From assembly GCA_965279375.1 (NCBI GenBank), contig OZ257156.1, forward strand, positions 4,064,001 to 4,128,000: a stretch of DNA of 64,000 nt, read 5' to 3'. Origin of the DNA: Gemmatimonas sp. GTDB lineage: Bacteria > Gemmatimonadota > Gemmatimonadetes > Gemmatimonadales > Gemmatimonadaceae. Position numbers and translations under genes: made by a program. Below the pieces are notes generated by a model, which saw only the letters and a list, made by a program, of their open reading frames with translations, did not search any database and had not been told where the DNA came from. Positions 26,201 to 36,701 of the stretch are shown piece after piece (position 1 is the first letter of the stretch; the number at the start of each line of letters is the position of its first letter).

Positions 26201-26463
26201 TCTGTCCGCCCATCGTGGGCAGCACAGCATCCGGACGCTCGCGCGCGATCACCTTCTCGACGAACTCCGGCGTCACCGGCTCGATGTACGTCCGATCGGC
26301 AAACTCCGGATCGGTCATGATCGTGGCCGGATTCGAATTCACGAGGATGACCTCGTAGCCTTCTTCGCGCAGCGCCTTGGTGGCCTGCGTGCCGGAGTAA
26401 TCGAATTCGGCGGCCTGACCGATCACGATCGGCCCAGAGCCGATGACGAGGATGCGGTGCAGG

Positions 26464-26480
<17 letters not shown>
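23199..26480 (-). CDS. carB: Carbamoyl-phosphate synthase large subunit
   Basis: [30 protein letters not shown], two ATP-grasp halves, [20 protein letters not shown] domain. Confidence 0.98.
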
Positions 26481-28505
<2,025 letters not shown>

Positions 28506-28522
28506 TCAGATCCTGCGACGCC

Positions 28523-28744
28523 TCAGACTGCGGCGACCTGTCCGCGCGGTGCGCGAGGCACCTTGCCGGCGGCGAGGCAGCGCGTGCAGACCTTCACCTT
28601 GATGATCTGGTCGCCCTTGAGCGTCCGGACCACCTGCAGGTTGGGCTTCCACGTGCGGCGGCTCTTGTTGTTGGCGTGCGACACGTTGTTTCCGAACGCG
28701 ACGCCCTTGTCGCAGTGGTAGCAACGGCTCCGATTGATGGCCAT
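28523..28744 (-). CDS. rpmB: 50S ribosomal protein L28
   Basis: [30 protein letters not shown]...VCTRCL. Confidence 0.96.
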   Translation of the reverse strand: MAINRSRCYHCDKGVAFGNNVSHANNKSRRTWKPNLQVVRTLKGDQIIKVKVCTRCLAAGKVPRAPRGQVAAV

Positions 28745-28757
28745 GTCCGTGCTCCCC

Positions 28758-29114
28758 TTAGCTCAGGATCAGTTCGATGCGCGCCATTTCCGCACCGTCA
28801 CCCTTGCGGTGGCCGGTCTTCAGAATGCGCGTGTATCCACCCGGGCGTGTAGCGAATGCGGGACCGAGCTCCTGGAAGAGCTTGTCCGCTGCCTCACGCT
28901 TCGAGACGTGCTTACCGGCCAGGCGACGCGCGTGGAGCGTGCCGCTGCGGGCCTTCGTGATGAGCTTCTCCACGAACGGACGCAGTTCCTTGGCCTTCGC
29001 CTCGGTCGTTTCGATCGCGCCAGACTCGATCAACGAGGTGGCGAGGTTGCGGAGCAGCGCGAGGCGCTGCTCACTGGTCCGCCGGAGTTGGCGGTTGGCC
29101 TTGCGATGGCGCAT
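28758..29114 (-). CDS. rplQ: 50S ribosomal protein L17
   Basis: MRHRK...[12 protein letters not shown]...[10 protein letters not shown]...GDGAEM. Confidence 0.98.
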   Translation of the reverse strand: MRHRKANRQLRRTSEQRLALLRNLATSLIESGAIETTEAKAKELRPFVEKLITKARSGTLHARRLAGKHVSKREAADKLFQELGPAFATRPGGYTRILKTGHRKGDGAEMARIELILS

Positions 29115-29119
29115 GGGAG

Positions 29120-30202
29120 TTAATCCTCGTCTTCGTCGTCGTCAGGCGCGTTCTCGGCGGCGCGGCTGGGCGCAGTGCCCATGTCGAGGATACGGACACC
29201 GTCCGTGTTCTCCTCGTAGCGCATACCGAAATTGAGCCCTTCCTTCTCGAGCAGTGCGGCGATTTCCTGCAGGGACTTCTTGCCGAAGTTCTTCACCTGA
29301 AGGATCTGCGCCTCGGTCTGGCGAACCAGATCACCGAGCGAGCGGATGTTGGAATTCTTGAGTGAGTTGACCGAGCGAACCGAGAGTTCGAGATCGTCGA
29401 TCGGGGTACGGAACAGCTCGGCCAGACGGAGCGCGTCGCTGTTTGCGCCATCGCCCCCCGTGCCAGGCTGGGCGGACGCGGACGAGCCGAAGCCCACGAA
29501 GTACTGGAAGTGGGTCTGCGCGAGCGCCGCGGCGTAGCTGACGGCTTCCTCGGGCGACATCGTGCCGTTGGTCTCGACCGTGAGCGACAGGCGATCGTAG
29601 TCGGTGCGCTGTCCGACGCGAGTTTCCGCGACGGTGAAGTTGGCGCGACGCACCGGGCTGTAGATCGCATCGATGCGCACGACATCGACCGAGAGGTTCT
29701 TGTCGGCCGGGTGTTCGTCACGCTCGACGTAACCGCGGCCCTTGTTCACGTACAGCTCGACGTTGAAGTCGCGGTCGTCCGTGACCGTGAACAAGTGATG
29801 CGTCGGATCGATCACGCGGGCACCGCCCACTGCGCCGACCTGAATGTCAGCCGCGGTGACTGCACCCGGACCGCTCTTGACCAGGCGAAGCACTGCCTGC
29901 TCGATGTCGTCCGGAAGCGCCAACGTCAGCGTCTTGAGGTTACCGATGATCTGGTGCACGTCCTCGACCACCCCAGGGATGGTCTGGTGTTCATGCACAA
30001 CGCCTTCGATGCGGAACGCCCACACGGCGGAGCCACGCAGCGACGACAGGAGCAGTCGACGCATCGCGTTGCCCAACGTGTGACCGAAACCGCGCTCGAG
30101 CGGCTGCAGCCGGAATTCGGCCAGATTCGGGGTGTCCTCGCGCTTCGTCGCTTCGACGAGCTGCGGGCGGACAAGCCCGCTGAGATCGATCGTATTTGCC
30201 AT
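29120..30202 (-). CDS. rpoA: RNA polymerase subunit alpha
   Basis: PLERGFGHTLGNAMRRLLLSS, RVGQRTDYD, DLELSVRSVNSLK, NFGKKSL. Confidence 0.98.
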   Translation of the reverse strand: MANTIDLSGLVRPQLVEATKREDTPNLAEFRLQPLERGFGHTLGNAMRRLLLSSLRGSAVWAFRIEGVVHEHQTIPGVVEDVHQIIGNLKTLTLALPDDIEQAVLRLVKSGPGAVTAADIQVGAVGGARVIDPTHHLFTVTDDRDFNVELYVNKGRGYVERDEHPADKNLSVDVVRIDAIYSPVRRANFTVAETRVGQRTDYDRLSLTVETNGTMSPEEAVSYAAALAQTHFQYFVGFGSSASAQPGTGGDGANSDALRLAELFRTPIDDLELSVRSVNSLKNSNIRSLGDLVRQTEAQILQVKNFGKKSLQEIAALLEKEGLNFGMRYEENTDGVRILDMGTAPSRAAENAPDDDEDED

Positions 30203-30358
30203 GGAGTACTGGATATCCTGTGATGGTCACACCGGGGAAATGCGGCCCCGGCGACGCTCTGCCCCGCCCCGAACGCGCGGCAGATCCGTATGGGAGTTCG
30301 GGTCCCGACCGTGTGAAGTCCGCGACCGGTTGGCCGCCGACTCCACACTGGATGGTGC

Positions 30359-30994
30359 TTACTTCGAGTACAGTTCGACGACGAGCTGTTCCTGCGCCGC
30401 GAGCGGAATCGCCGTACGTGCCGGCTTCTCCAACACGCGACCGCTGAACGACTCCTTGTCCACCGCGATCCACGACAGCGAGGTGCCACGGCCGCTCTGC
30501 TCGAGCGCCGCCTGCACCAGCACCAGTTCGCGCGACGACTGCTTCACGCGCACTTCTTCGCCCGGGCGAACCTGGTACGAAGGCACGTCGAGGATGCGCT
30601 GCTTGACCTCGATGTGACGGTGACGGATGAGCTGACGCGCCGCCTTGCGGCTCGGCGCGAAACCCATGCGGTAGATCACGTTGTCCAGGCGGGTTTCCAG
30701 CGCGGCCAACAGGTTGTGACCCGTGATGCCCTGCTGCGAAGACACGCGCTCGAACGTGTTGCGGAACTGCTTCTCGGAGATGCCATACATGCGCTTGATC
30801 TTCTGCTTCTCGCGCAGCTGCTTGGCGTACTCGGAGAGCTTCTTGCGACGCGCCGTCGCCTGGCCGTGCTGGCCGGGCGCGTACGGACGACGTTCCACCG
30901 GGCACTTCTCGGTGAAGCACTTGGTGCCCTTGAGGAACAGCTTCTGTCCTTCGCGGCGGCACTGACGGCAGCTCGGACCTGTGTAACGAGCCAT
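30359..30994 (-). CDS. rpsD: 30S ribosomal protein S4
   Basis: MARYTGPSCRQCRREG, QLREKQK, LETRLDNV, LVVELYSK. Confidence 0.98.
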   Translation of the reverse strand: MARYTGPSCRQCRREGQKLFLKGTKCFTEKCPVERRPYAPGQHGQATARRKKLSEYAKQLREKQKIKRMYGISEKQFRNTFERVSSQQGITGHNLLAALETRLDNVIYRMGFAPSRKAARQLIRHRHIEVKQRILDVPSYQVRPGEEVRVKQSSRELVLVQAALEQSGRGTSLSWIAVDKESFSGRVLEKPARTAIPLAAQEQLVVELYSK

Positions 30995-30996
30995 GG

Positions 30997-31374
30997 TCAG
31001 ACCCTCCGACGCTTAGGGGGACGGCAGCCGTTGTGCGGGATCGGGGTCACGTCGCGAATGGACTTGACCTGGAGACCGGCCGCCGCGAGCGCCTGAATGG
31101 CGGACTCACGACCCGAGCCGGGACCCTGCACGCGCACGTGCACGCGGCGCACACCGGCCGTGAGCGCTTCGCGCGCGCACTGCTCGGAGGCCACCGTGGC
31201 GGCGAACGGCGTGGACTTCTTCGATCCCTTGAACCCAGCCTTGCCGGCCGAGCCCCATGACACGGCATTGCCATGCATGTCGGTGATCGTGATGGTGGTG
31301 TTGTTGAACGTGGCGCTGACGTGGGCGATGCCTTCGGCCTCGACGACGCGCTTGGTCTTCTTTGCGGTAGCCAT
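30997..31374 (-). CDS. rpsK: 30S ribosomal protein S11
   Basis: [37 protein letters not shown]. Confidence 0.98.
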   Translation of the reverse strand: MATAKKTKRVVEAEGIAHVSATFNNTTITITDMHGNAVSWGSAGKAGFKGSKKSTPFAATVASEQCAREALTAGVRRVHVRVQGPGSGRESAIQALAAAGLQVKSIRDVTPIPHNGCRPPKRRRV

Positions 31375-31377
31375 GGT

Positions 31378-31755
31378 TTACTTGGTCACCTTCTTCTTGC
31401 CCGCGATAGCGCGGCGCGGCCCCTTCTTGGTGCGCGCGTTCGTGTGCGTGCGCTGACCACGCGTGGGCAAGCCACGACGGTGACGCGTGCCACGGTACGA
31501 GCCGATGTCCATCAGGCGCTTGATGTTCATCGCGACTTCGGTGCGCAGTGCACCTTCGACGCGATGATTGCGCTCGATTTCCTGACGGAGCTTGTTGACG
31601 TCCGCGTCGTTCAGATCGCGAACGCGCTGCGCCGGGCTGACGCCAGCGGCAGCAAGAATCCGCTGCGCCATCGCGCGGCCGATTCCAAAGATGTACGTGA
31701 GTCCGATCTCAACCTTTTTGTCGCGCGGGAGATCGACGCCTGCGATACGTGCCAT
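31378..31755 (-). CDS. rpsM: 30S ribosomal protein S13
   Basis: [41 protein letters not shown]. Confidence 0.98.
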   Translation of the reverse strand: MARIAGVDLPRDKKVEIGLTYIFGIGRAMAQRILAAAGVSPAQRVRDLNDADVNKLRQEIERNHRVEGALRTEVAMNIKRLMDIGSYRGTRHRRGLPTRGQRTHTNARTKKGPRRAIAGKKKVTK

Positions 31756-31770
31756 ATGTGAGCGCTCCCC

Positions 31771-31887
31771 TTAGCCCTGACGCTGCTTGTGCTTGGGGTT
31801 GCGCTTGCAGATGATGCGAGTCACGCCCTGTCGCTTGACGACCTTGCAGTGCTCACAAATCGGCTTAACGCTGCTACGAACTTTCAC
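31771..31887 (-). CDS. rpmJ: 50S ribosomal protein L36
   Basis: Manual translation from [41 protein letters not shown]; too short for the ORF track. Confidence 0.97.
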   Translation of the reverse strand: MKVRSSVKPICEHCKVVKRQGVTRIICKRNPKHKQRQG

Positions 31888-32147
31888 GGGATACCTCGGC
31901 GCATAAGCGCCGACGGAGCCTCCCGCACCAACTCGCGTTGGCCGGCTGGACTCCCCATGTGTTCATCACGCGTGATGCATCGCGAAGCCATGCGATGAAA
32001 GACCTGCGTCTCTCATCCAGCTTCCGATCCCGCGCACGCGTGAAGCGATGTGACCGGCGGGTCGGTCTACGAATTCCTGCCCAGCTTCAACCGCCGCATG
32101 GTCCGAAAACCGGTGCGGAAGGGAACCCGAAAATGGGCAAGACCTGA

Positions 32148-32176
32148 ATCGTAGACGACTTAGGCCACTTCGGCAA
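32148..32176 (-). promoter_or_regulatory. Sigma-70-type promoter of the rpmJ-rpsM operon
   Basis: Minus strand TTGCCG-N17-TACGAT straddling the pyrF stop. Confidence 0.65.
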
Positions 32177-32903
32177 GGGCCGCATGCACGGCCGCCATCG
32201 CTTCGGACGGCTCTGCCGCCCCCGTCACCGCTCGGCCAAGGATCAGCCAGCGCGCCCCCGCCGCCGCCGCGGCCTGCGGGGTCATCACCCGCCGCTGGTC
32301 GTGCGCGTCTCCGCCGGCCAGCCGAATCCCGGGAATCAGGAGCCCCAGCGAGTCGCCGTAGGCCGCCCGCACCGCTGCCGCCTCGTGCCCCGAACAGACG
32401 ATGCCCGCTGCCGCGCCGGAGCGCGCCAGCCCAGCCAGCCGCAGCACCTCTGTCTCCACGGTGACGCTCGACCGCCCCCAGGCTTCCTCCACACCCGCCG
32501 CATCCAGGCTGGTCAGGATCGTGACGCCGAGGATTCCGCAGGCACCGGAGCCCCCTGCCCCCTCGTTGGCGCCCTCGACGGCTGCCCGGATCATCTCCGT
32601 GCCCCCTGAGGCATGCACGGTCAGCAACGACGCCCCATGGCGCGCCACCGCCCGCGCTGCGCTACGCACGGTATTGGGGATGTCGTGGAGCTTGAGATCG
32701 ACAAAGACCTGCTTGCCCTCGTCGCGCAGCCACGCCACGATCGCCGGCCCCTCCGCCGAAAAGAGCTCGAGCCCGACCTTGTAGAATCCGCAGTGCGCGC
32801 CGAGCTGCTGTACGATCGCTCGTGCGCTGGCTGCATCGGGGACATCGAGCGCCACGATGGGGGTGGCGGTGCCTATCAGGGCGTGAGCTGGGGATGCGAT
32901 CAT
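32160..32903 (-). CDS. pyrF: Orotidine-5'-phosphate decarboxylase
   Basis: PIVALD, YKVGLELF, DLKLHDIPNTV, TVHASGG, PGIR, ILGRAVT; ATGA overlap with pyrD. Confidence 0.96.
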   Translation of the reverse strand: MIASPAHALIGTATPIVALDVPDAASARAIVQQLGAHCGFYKVGLELFSAEGPAIVAWLRDEGKQVFVDLKLHDIPNTVRSAARAVARHGASLLTVHASGGTEMIRAAVEGANEGAGGSGACGILGVTILTSLDAAGVEEAWGRSSVTVETEVLRLAGLARSGAAAGIVCSGHEAAAVRAAYGDSLGLLIPGIRLAGGDAHDQRRVMTPQAAAAAGARWLILGRAVTGAAEPSEAMAAVHAALAEVA

Positions 32904-33850
32904 GCAGGCCACTCCAATGTGCCGATGAGGGAGGTCAGGTCGCGGACACCATGCGCGCTGGCCCACGCCGCCAGCCCGCGTGCGATACGCTCCGGTGCCC
33001 GCGGGTCGCGCAGCGCAGCCGTCCCGACGCCCACCAACGTGGCGCCGGCCATCAGGTACTGGACTGCATCGTTGGCGGTCGACACGCCGCCCAAGCCAAT
33101 GAGCGGGACACCGGGCAGCGCCTTCCCCACGCGCCATGTCGCCAACAGCCCGAACGGCAGCAGTGCGGGTCCACTGACTCCGCCGGTGCCGAAGCCGATC
33201 TTCGGCCGGCGACGCTCGGTATCCACCACCAACCCGGGCATCGTGTTCACCAGCGTGAGTCCGTCCGCGCCGGCATCCACGGCCACACGCGCCGCGTCCA
33301 CCACGCCGGCGCCGAGCGTCGGCGAGAGCTTGACGAAAATGGGGCGCTTGGTCACCGCGCGCGCCGCCTTCACCAATGCCGCGAGCGCGACGGGATCCGC
33401 ACCGAACTCCATGCCGCCGGCCTTCACGTTTGGGCAGCTCACGTTGAGCTCGAACGCGTCCACGCCGCGCTCGCCATCGAGCCCGCGTACCACGGTCTCG
33501 AACTCTTCCACACTGTAGCCCACCACGTTCACGATCACCCGCGTGCCCGGACATGATTGCGCCAGCCACGGCATCGACTCGGCGCGCACCTCGTCGAGCC
33601 CGGGGTTGGCCAGCCCGATCGCGTTGATCATCCCGCCCGCGAACTCGCTGACGCGGAGCGGCTTGGCGCCCTTCCGCGGCTCGACGCTCACCGCCTTGGT
33701 GGCGATACCGCCCAGCGCCGTCAGATCGAGTACGTCGTCCACTTCGCGTCCGAAGCCGGCGGTGCCGGCGGCCAGCACGATCGGATTGCGAAACGTCAGC
33801 CCGGCGGCCGTTGTGGTCATCGCGGAGACACTCGTCGTGGAACTGCTCAT
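32900..33850 (-). CDS. pyrD: Dihydroorotate dehydrogenase, family 1 catalytic subunit
   Basis: NPIVLAAGT, MINAIGLANPG, ELNVSCPN, VKLSP, GGVSGP. Confidence 0.93.
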   Translation of the reverse strand: MSSSTTSVSAMTTTAAGLTFRNPIVLAAGTAGFGREVDDVLDLTALGGIATKAVSVEPRKGAKPLRVSEFAGGMINAIGLANPGLDEVRAESMPWLAQSCPGTRVIVNVVGYSVEEFETVVRGLDGERGVDAFELNVSCPNVKAGGMEFGADPVALAALVKAARAVTKRPIFVKLSPTLGAGVVDAARVAVDAGADGLTLVNTMPGLVVDTERRRPKIGFGTGGVSGPALLPFGLLATWRVGKALPGVPLIGLGGVSTANDAVQYLMAGATLVGVGTAALRDPRAPERIARGLAAWASAHGVRDLTSLIGTLEWPA

Positions 33851-34650
33851 CAGGGCGTGCCTCCGACCTTCCGTTCGTACTGAGCGAGGTACGCTACCAC
33901 CGCGTCGGCCAGCGAGTTCGCGAGTTCACGCTGTTTGTCCGCGTCGGTCATGTACGCAGAATCGGCGCGGTTGGAACCGAAGCCCACTTCCACAAGCACC
34001 GCCGGCATGAATGCGGTCACGAGCACGCGAAATCCCGCCTGCTTCACGCCGCGATTCGTGCCGGGATGCACCTTGGCCACGGCACGCTGCATCAACTGCG
34101 CGAGCTGTGCCGACTCGCGCAAATGCTCGTTCTGCGCCATGTCGCGGATGATGAAGCCGAGCGGATCGTCACGCGACGCGTCGACGCTGGTTTCGAAGCG
34201 AATGGATTCATTTTCCATCGCTTCCACGCGCCGTTCGTCTTCCGTCTTGGCTTCGGCGAGAAAATACGTCTCGAAGCCACGCGCACTGCCCGGATCACGC
34301 CAGCGTGGATTGGCCGCGTTCACATGCACGGATACGAACAGGTCACCCTTCGCCTGATTGGCGATGCGCCCGCGATCGGACAGCGCGATCAGCGTGTCGC
34401 GGCTGCGCGTCATCACCACTTTCACGTCGCGCGCTTCGAGCGCGGTGCGCAACGCCTTGGCCACCGCGAGCGTGACGTCCTTCTCCTTCACCTTCTTCGG
34501 GACGCCGATCGGCCCCTGCATGCCGTTGTCCGGACCACCGTGTCCGGCATCCACCACAACGACACGTTGCCGCTGCATCACACGAACGGGCGATGGCACA
34601 GGCGTCGTCGCAGCGCTGAGCTGCAGCGCGAAAAAGACCGAGGCGAACAT
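33850..34650 (-). CDS. N-acetylmuramoyl-L-alanine amidase (Amidase_3)
   Basis: VVDAGHGG, EKDVTL, MTRSRD, FVSVHVNA, PAVLVEVGF; N-terminal signal-like segment. Confidence 0.92.
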   Translation of the reverse strand: MFASVFFALQLSAATTPVPSPVRVMQRQRVVVVDAGHGGPDNGMQGPIGVPKKVKEKDVTLAVAKALRTALEARDVKVVMTRSRDTLIALSDRGRIANQAKGDLFVSVHVNAANPRWRDPGSARGFETYFLAEAKTEDERRVEAMENESIRFETSVDASRDDPLGFIIRDMAQNEHLRESAQLAQLMQRAVAKVHPGTNRGVKQAGFRVLVTAFMPAVLVEVGFGSNRADSAYMTDADKQRELANSLADAVVAYLAQYERKVGGTP

Positions 34651-34655
34651 CGCGA

Positions 34656-35123
34656 TCAGCGCGACCGGAGCGCGCGCGCGATCTCGCGCTGCGCGTCCTT
34701 CTTTTTCAAATCCTCGCGCTTGTCGTGCTGCTGCTTGCCCTTCACCAGCGCGAGCGTTGCCTTCACTCGGCCGTTCTTGAAGTACAAGTCCAGCGGGACG
34801 AGCGTGAGCCCTTGGCGTTCCACCGCGCCGATCATGCGGCGAATCTCACGCCGATGCATGAGGAGCTTGCGCGTGCGGGTGGGTTCGTGATTGAACGAGT
34901 TTCCCCGTTCGTACGATCCGATGTGCAGGTTGAGCAGATACACTTCGCCCTCCTTCACCACGCCGAACGAGTCGGTGAGGTTGGCCCGACCTTCCCGCAA
35001 CGCCTTCACCTCGGTCCCGGTGAGCACAATGCCCGTCTCCCAGGTATCGAGGATCGCGTAGTCGTGTCGCGCACGCTTGTTCCGCGCGATCACCTCAGTC
35101 GTTTCTTCGTCGTCTTTGGCCAT
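34656..35123 (-). CDS. smpB: SsrA-binding protein
   Basis: IARNKRARHDY, GIVLTGTEVKALR, RTRKLLMHRREI, GKQQHDKRE. Confidence 0.98.
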   Translation of the reverse strand: MAKDDEETTEVIARNKRARHDYAILDTWETGIVLTGTEVKALREGRANLTDSFGVVKEGEVYLLNLHIGSYERGNSFNHEPTRTRKLLMHRREIRRMIGAVERQGLTLVPLDLYFKNGRVKATLALVKGKQQHDKREDLKKKDAQREIARALRSR

Positions 35124-35170
35124 TCCTCGGGGAAGTTAGCGCGAAGTCGTGACTTCGCGCAGTCTGTGCG

Positions 35171-35200
35171 TTGACTTCTTTGTGGCGTATCGCCTATTCT
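35171..35200 (+). promoter_or_regulatory. Sigma-70 promoter for tRNA-Leu
   Basis: TTGACT-N18-TATTCT. Confidence 0.7.
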
Positions 35201-35248
35201 TCCCGACCCTGAGAGTATCTGCTAGACGGCGCTCGCGCCGGATAGTTC

Positions 35249-35332
35249 GCCGGAGTGGTGGAATTGGTAGACGCGCTGCGTTCAGGGCGCAGTGGGCGAT
35301 AGCCCGTGCGAGTTCGAGTCTCGCCTCTGGCA
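35249..35332 (+). tRNA. tRNA-Leu(CAG)
   Basis: GCCGGAG acceptor stem pairs with CTCTGGC-A; D-loop GGAATTGGTAGAC; anticodon arm CTGCG-TTCAGGG-CGCAG; long variable arm; T-arm GTTCGAGTC; CCA not encoded. Confidence 0.96.
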
Positions 35333-35363
35333 CTACCTCGTAGCACGACAGCTGTGACGAATT

Positions 35364-35404
35364 GAACGACCAGGATGCCTCGGCATGCTGGTCGTTCGTC
35401 GTTT
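35364..35404 (+). terminator. Hairpin terminator after tRNA-Leu
   Basis: GAACGACCAGGATGCC-TC-GGCATGCTGGTCGTTC then GTCGTTT. Confidence 0.6.
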
Positions 35405-35485
35405 GTACCCCATCGTGATCCGGCCAGCTCACCCGCGCCGCGGCCGCCGTGCGGTGCGCCGGCTCAATGGCGAATTCGGTTGCGA

Positions 35486-36019
35486 TCAGCTGCGAATGGC
35501 GGAGGGGCGGACATCGTCGGGGAGCGAGGCGCTGCCGAAGACCGCGCGCAACGCCTCGTTGGCCTTGGCCCGGATGCCCTGGACGCACTGCGTGGCCCGC
35601 GAGATCTGCTCGGCCGTGGGCGTCGCCAGTCCGGCCCCGCCCAACAGCACTTTCGCCAGGCGCATCGCCGGCGCTTCGACGACGCCGCGGACCGCCAGCG
35701 CGTCGGTGTAGCCCCGAAACCGTACGGGCCACAGCGCGGCCGACTCCGCATCTCGGCGAGACTCCTCGTCGGTAACGGCCATGAGCTCATGGGCGACATC
35801 GGACGCGGTTTGATCGTCGAGCGCGTCTCGTTCCGCCGAAATCAACGCCAGCGCCCGACGGGCGAAGGCCAGTTCACGCTCAGCCACGGGGGCACTGCCG
35901 CACAGCGCGCTCAGCCACTGGAGATCGGCGGGGTCGCTCGTGGGCAACAAGGCGTGCAGATAGCTGGCCGCACGCCGCCGCCGTTCCCGAGTCGCACGCC
36001 AATCGCCGAGCATCCCCAT
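35486..36019 (-). CDS. Hypothetical protein (helical), downstream of Rrf2 gene
   Basis: MGMLGDWRATRERRRRAASYLHALL...FGSASLPDDVRPSAIRS; 7-nt gap after the Rrf2 stop. Confidence 0.75.
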   Translation of the reverse strand: MGMLGDWRATRERRRRAASYLHALLPTSDPADLQWLSALCGSAPVAERELAFARRALALISAERDALDDQTASDVAHELMAVTDEESRRDAESAALWPVRFRGYTDALAVRGVVEAPAMRLAKVLLGGAGLATPTAEQISRATQCVQGIRAKANEALRAVFGSASLPDDVRPSAIRS

Positions 36020-36026
36020 CAGGTCG

Positions 36027-36524
36027 TCAGCTCTGCAAAATGGGAAGCGCGCCCGCGCGCGGCGGCACATCGGCGACGAAGGGCGGCAAACCCACTCGTT
36101 CACGAACCACACTCTCGCCCTCGAGCAGGTCGCTCAAGCGCACGCCATCGAGGACCTCATCGATCTTGCGCTGGAGCATCTGCCAGACCGGACGAATGCT
36201 GCACGTTTCGGCATCGCCGCAGCGTGAGGAATCGACGGGGTGCGTGACGCAGTGCAGGTCGAACGTGGTCAGCTCCGATGCCTGAATGACATCGCGCACC
36301 GTGATCGCGTCGGAGCTTCTCGCCAGCGCGTATCCGCCGCGCGCACCGCGCGTACTGTTGACGATTCCTGCGCGTCGCATGCGAAGCAGGATTTGCTCCA
36401 CGTAGTCGCCAGGCAGCTTCTCACGAGCAGCGATGTCGCGACCCGTGACGGGTCCATCCTCGATCCGGCGCGCGAGATGCAACGCGCAGATCAAACCATA
36501 CTCGGCCCAAGTCGTGATGCGCAT
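36027..36524 (-). CDS. Rrf2-family transcriptional regulator with three Cys (Fe-S type)
   Basis: MRITTWAEYG, YVEQILLRMRRAGIVNSTRGARGGYAL, C-x9-C-x5-C. Confidence 0.93.
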   Translation of the reverse strand: MRITTWAEYGLICALHLARRIEDGPVTGRDIAAREKLPGDYVEQILLRMRRAGIVNSTRGARGGYALARSSDAITVRDVIQASELTTFDLHCVTHPVDSSRCGDAETCSIRPVWQMLQRKIDEVLDGVRLSDLLEGESVVRERVGLPPFVADVPPRAGALPILQS

Positions 36525-36701
36525 AGGAGAGAGTCTATGGGAGCGGAAGGGAAGCGACAAGCACCGTCCACAAGATGGCGTACGCGTTCCACGCGGCCAG
36601 AGGCGCGCCCTGACAGGCGACACGGCTTTGGTCATCCGTTCCCTGACGGTGCCCTGCCCTCACCGTCGCTTGCAAGCCGATGGTCGCCGTGCGGTTTCCG
36701 A

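Noticed and set aside
35249..35485. tRNA-Leu/smpB as an integration hotspot or tmRNA locus
   Set aside because: No integrase, no duplicated tRNA 3' end and no tmRNA tag-like sequence seen
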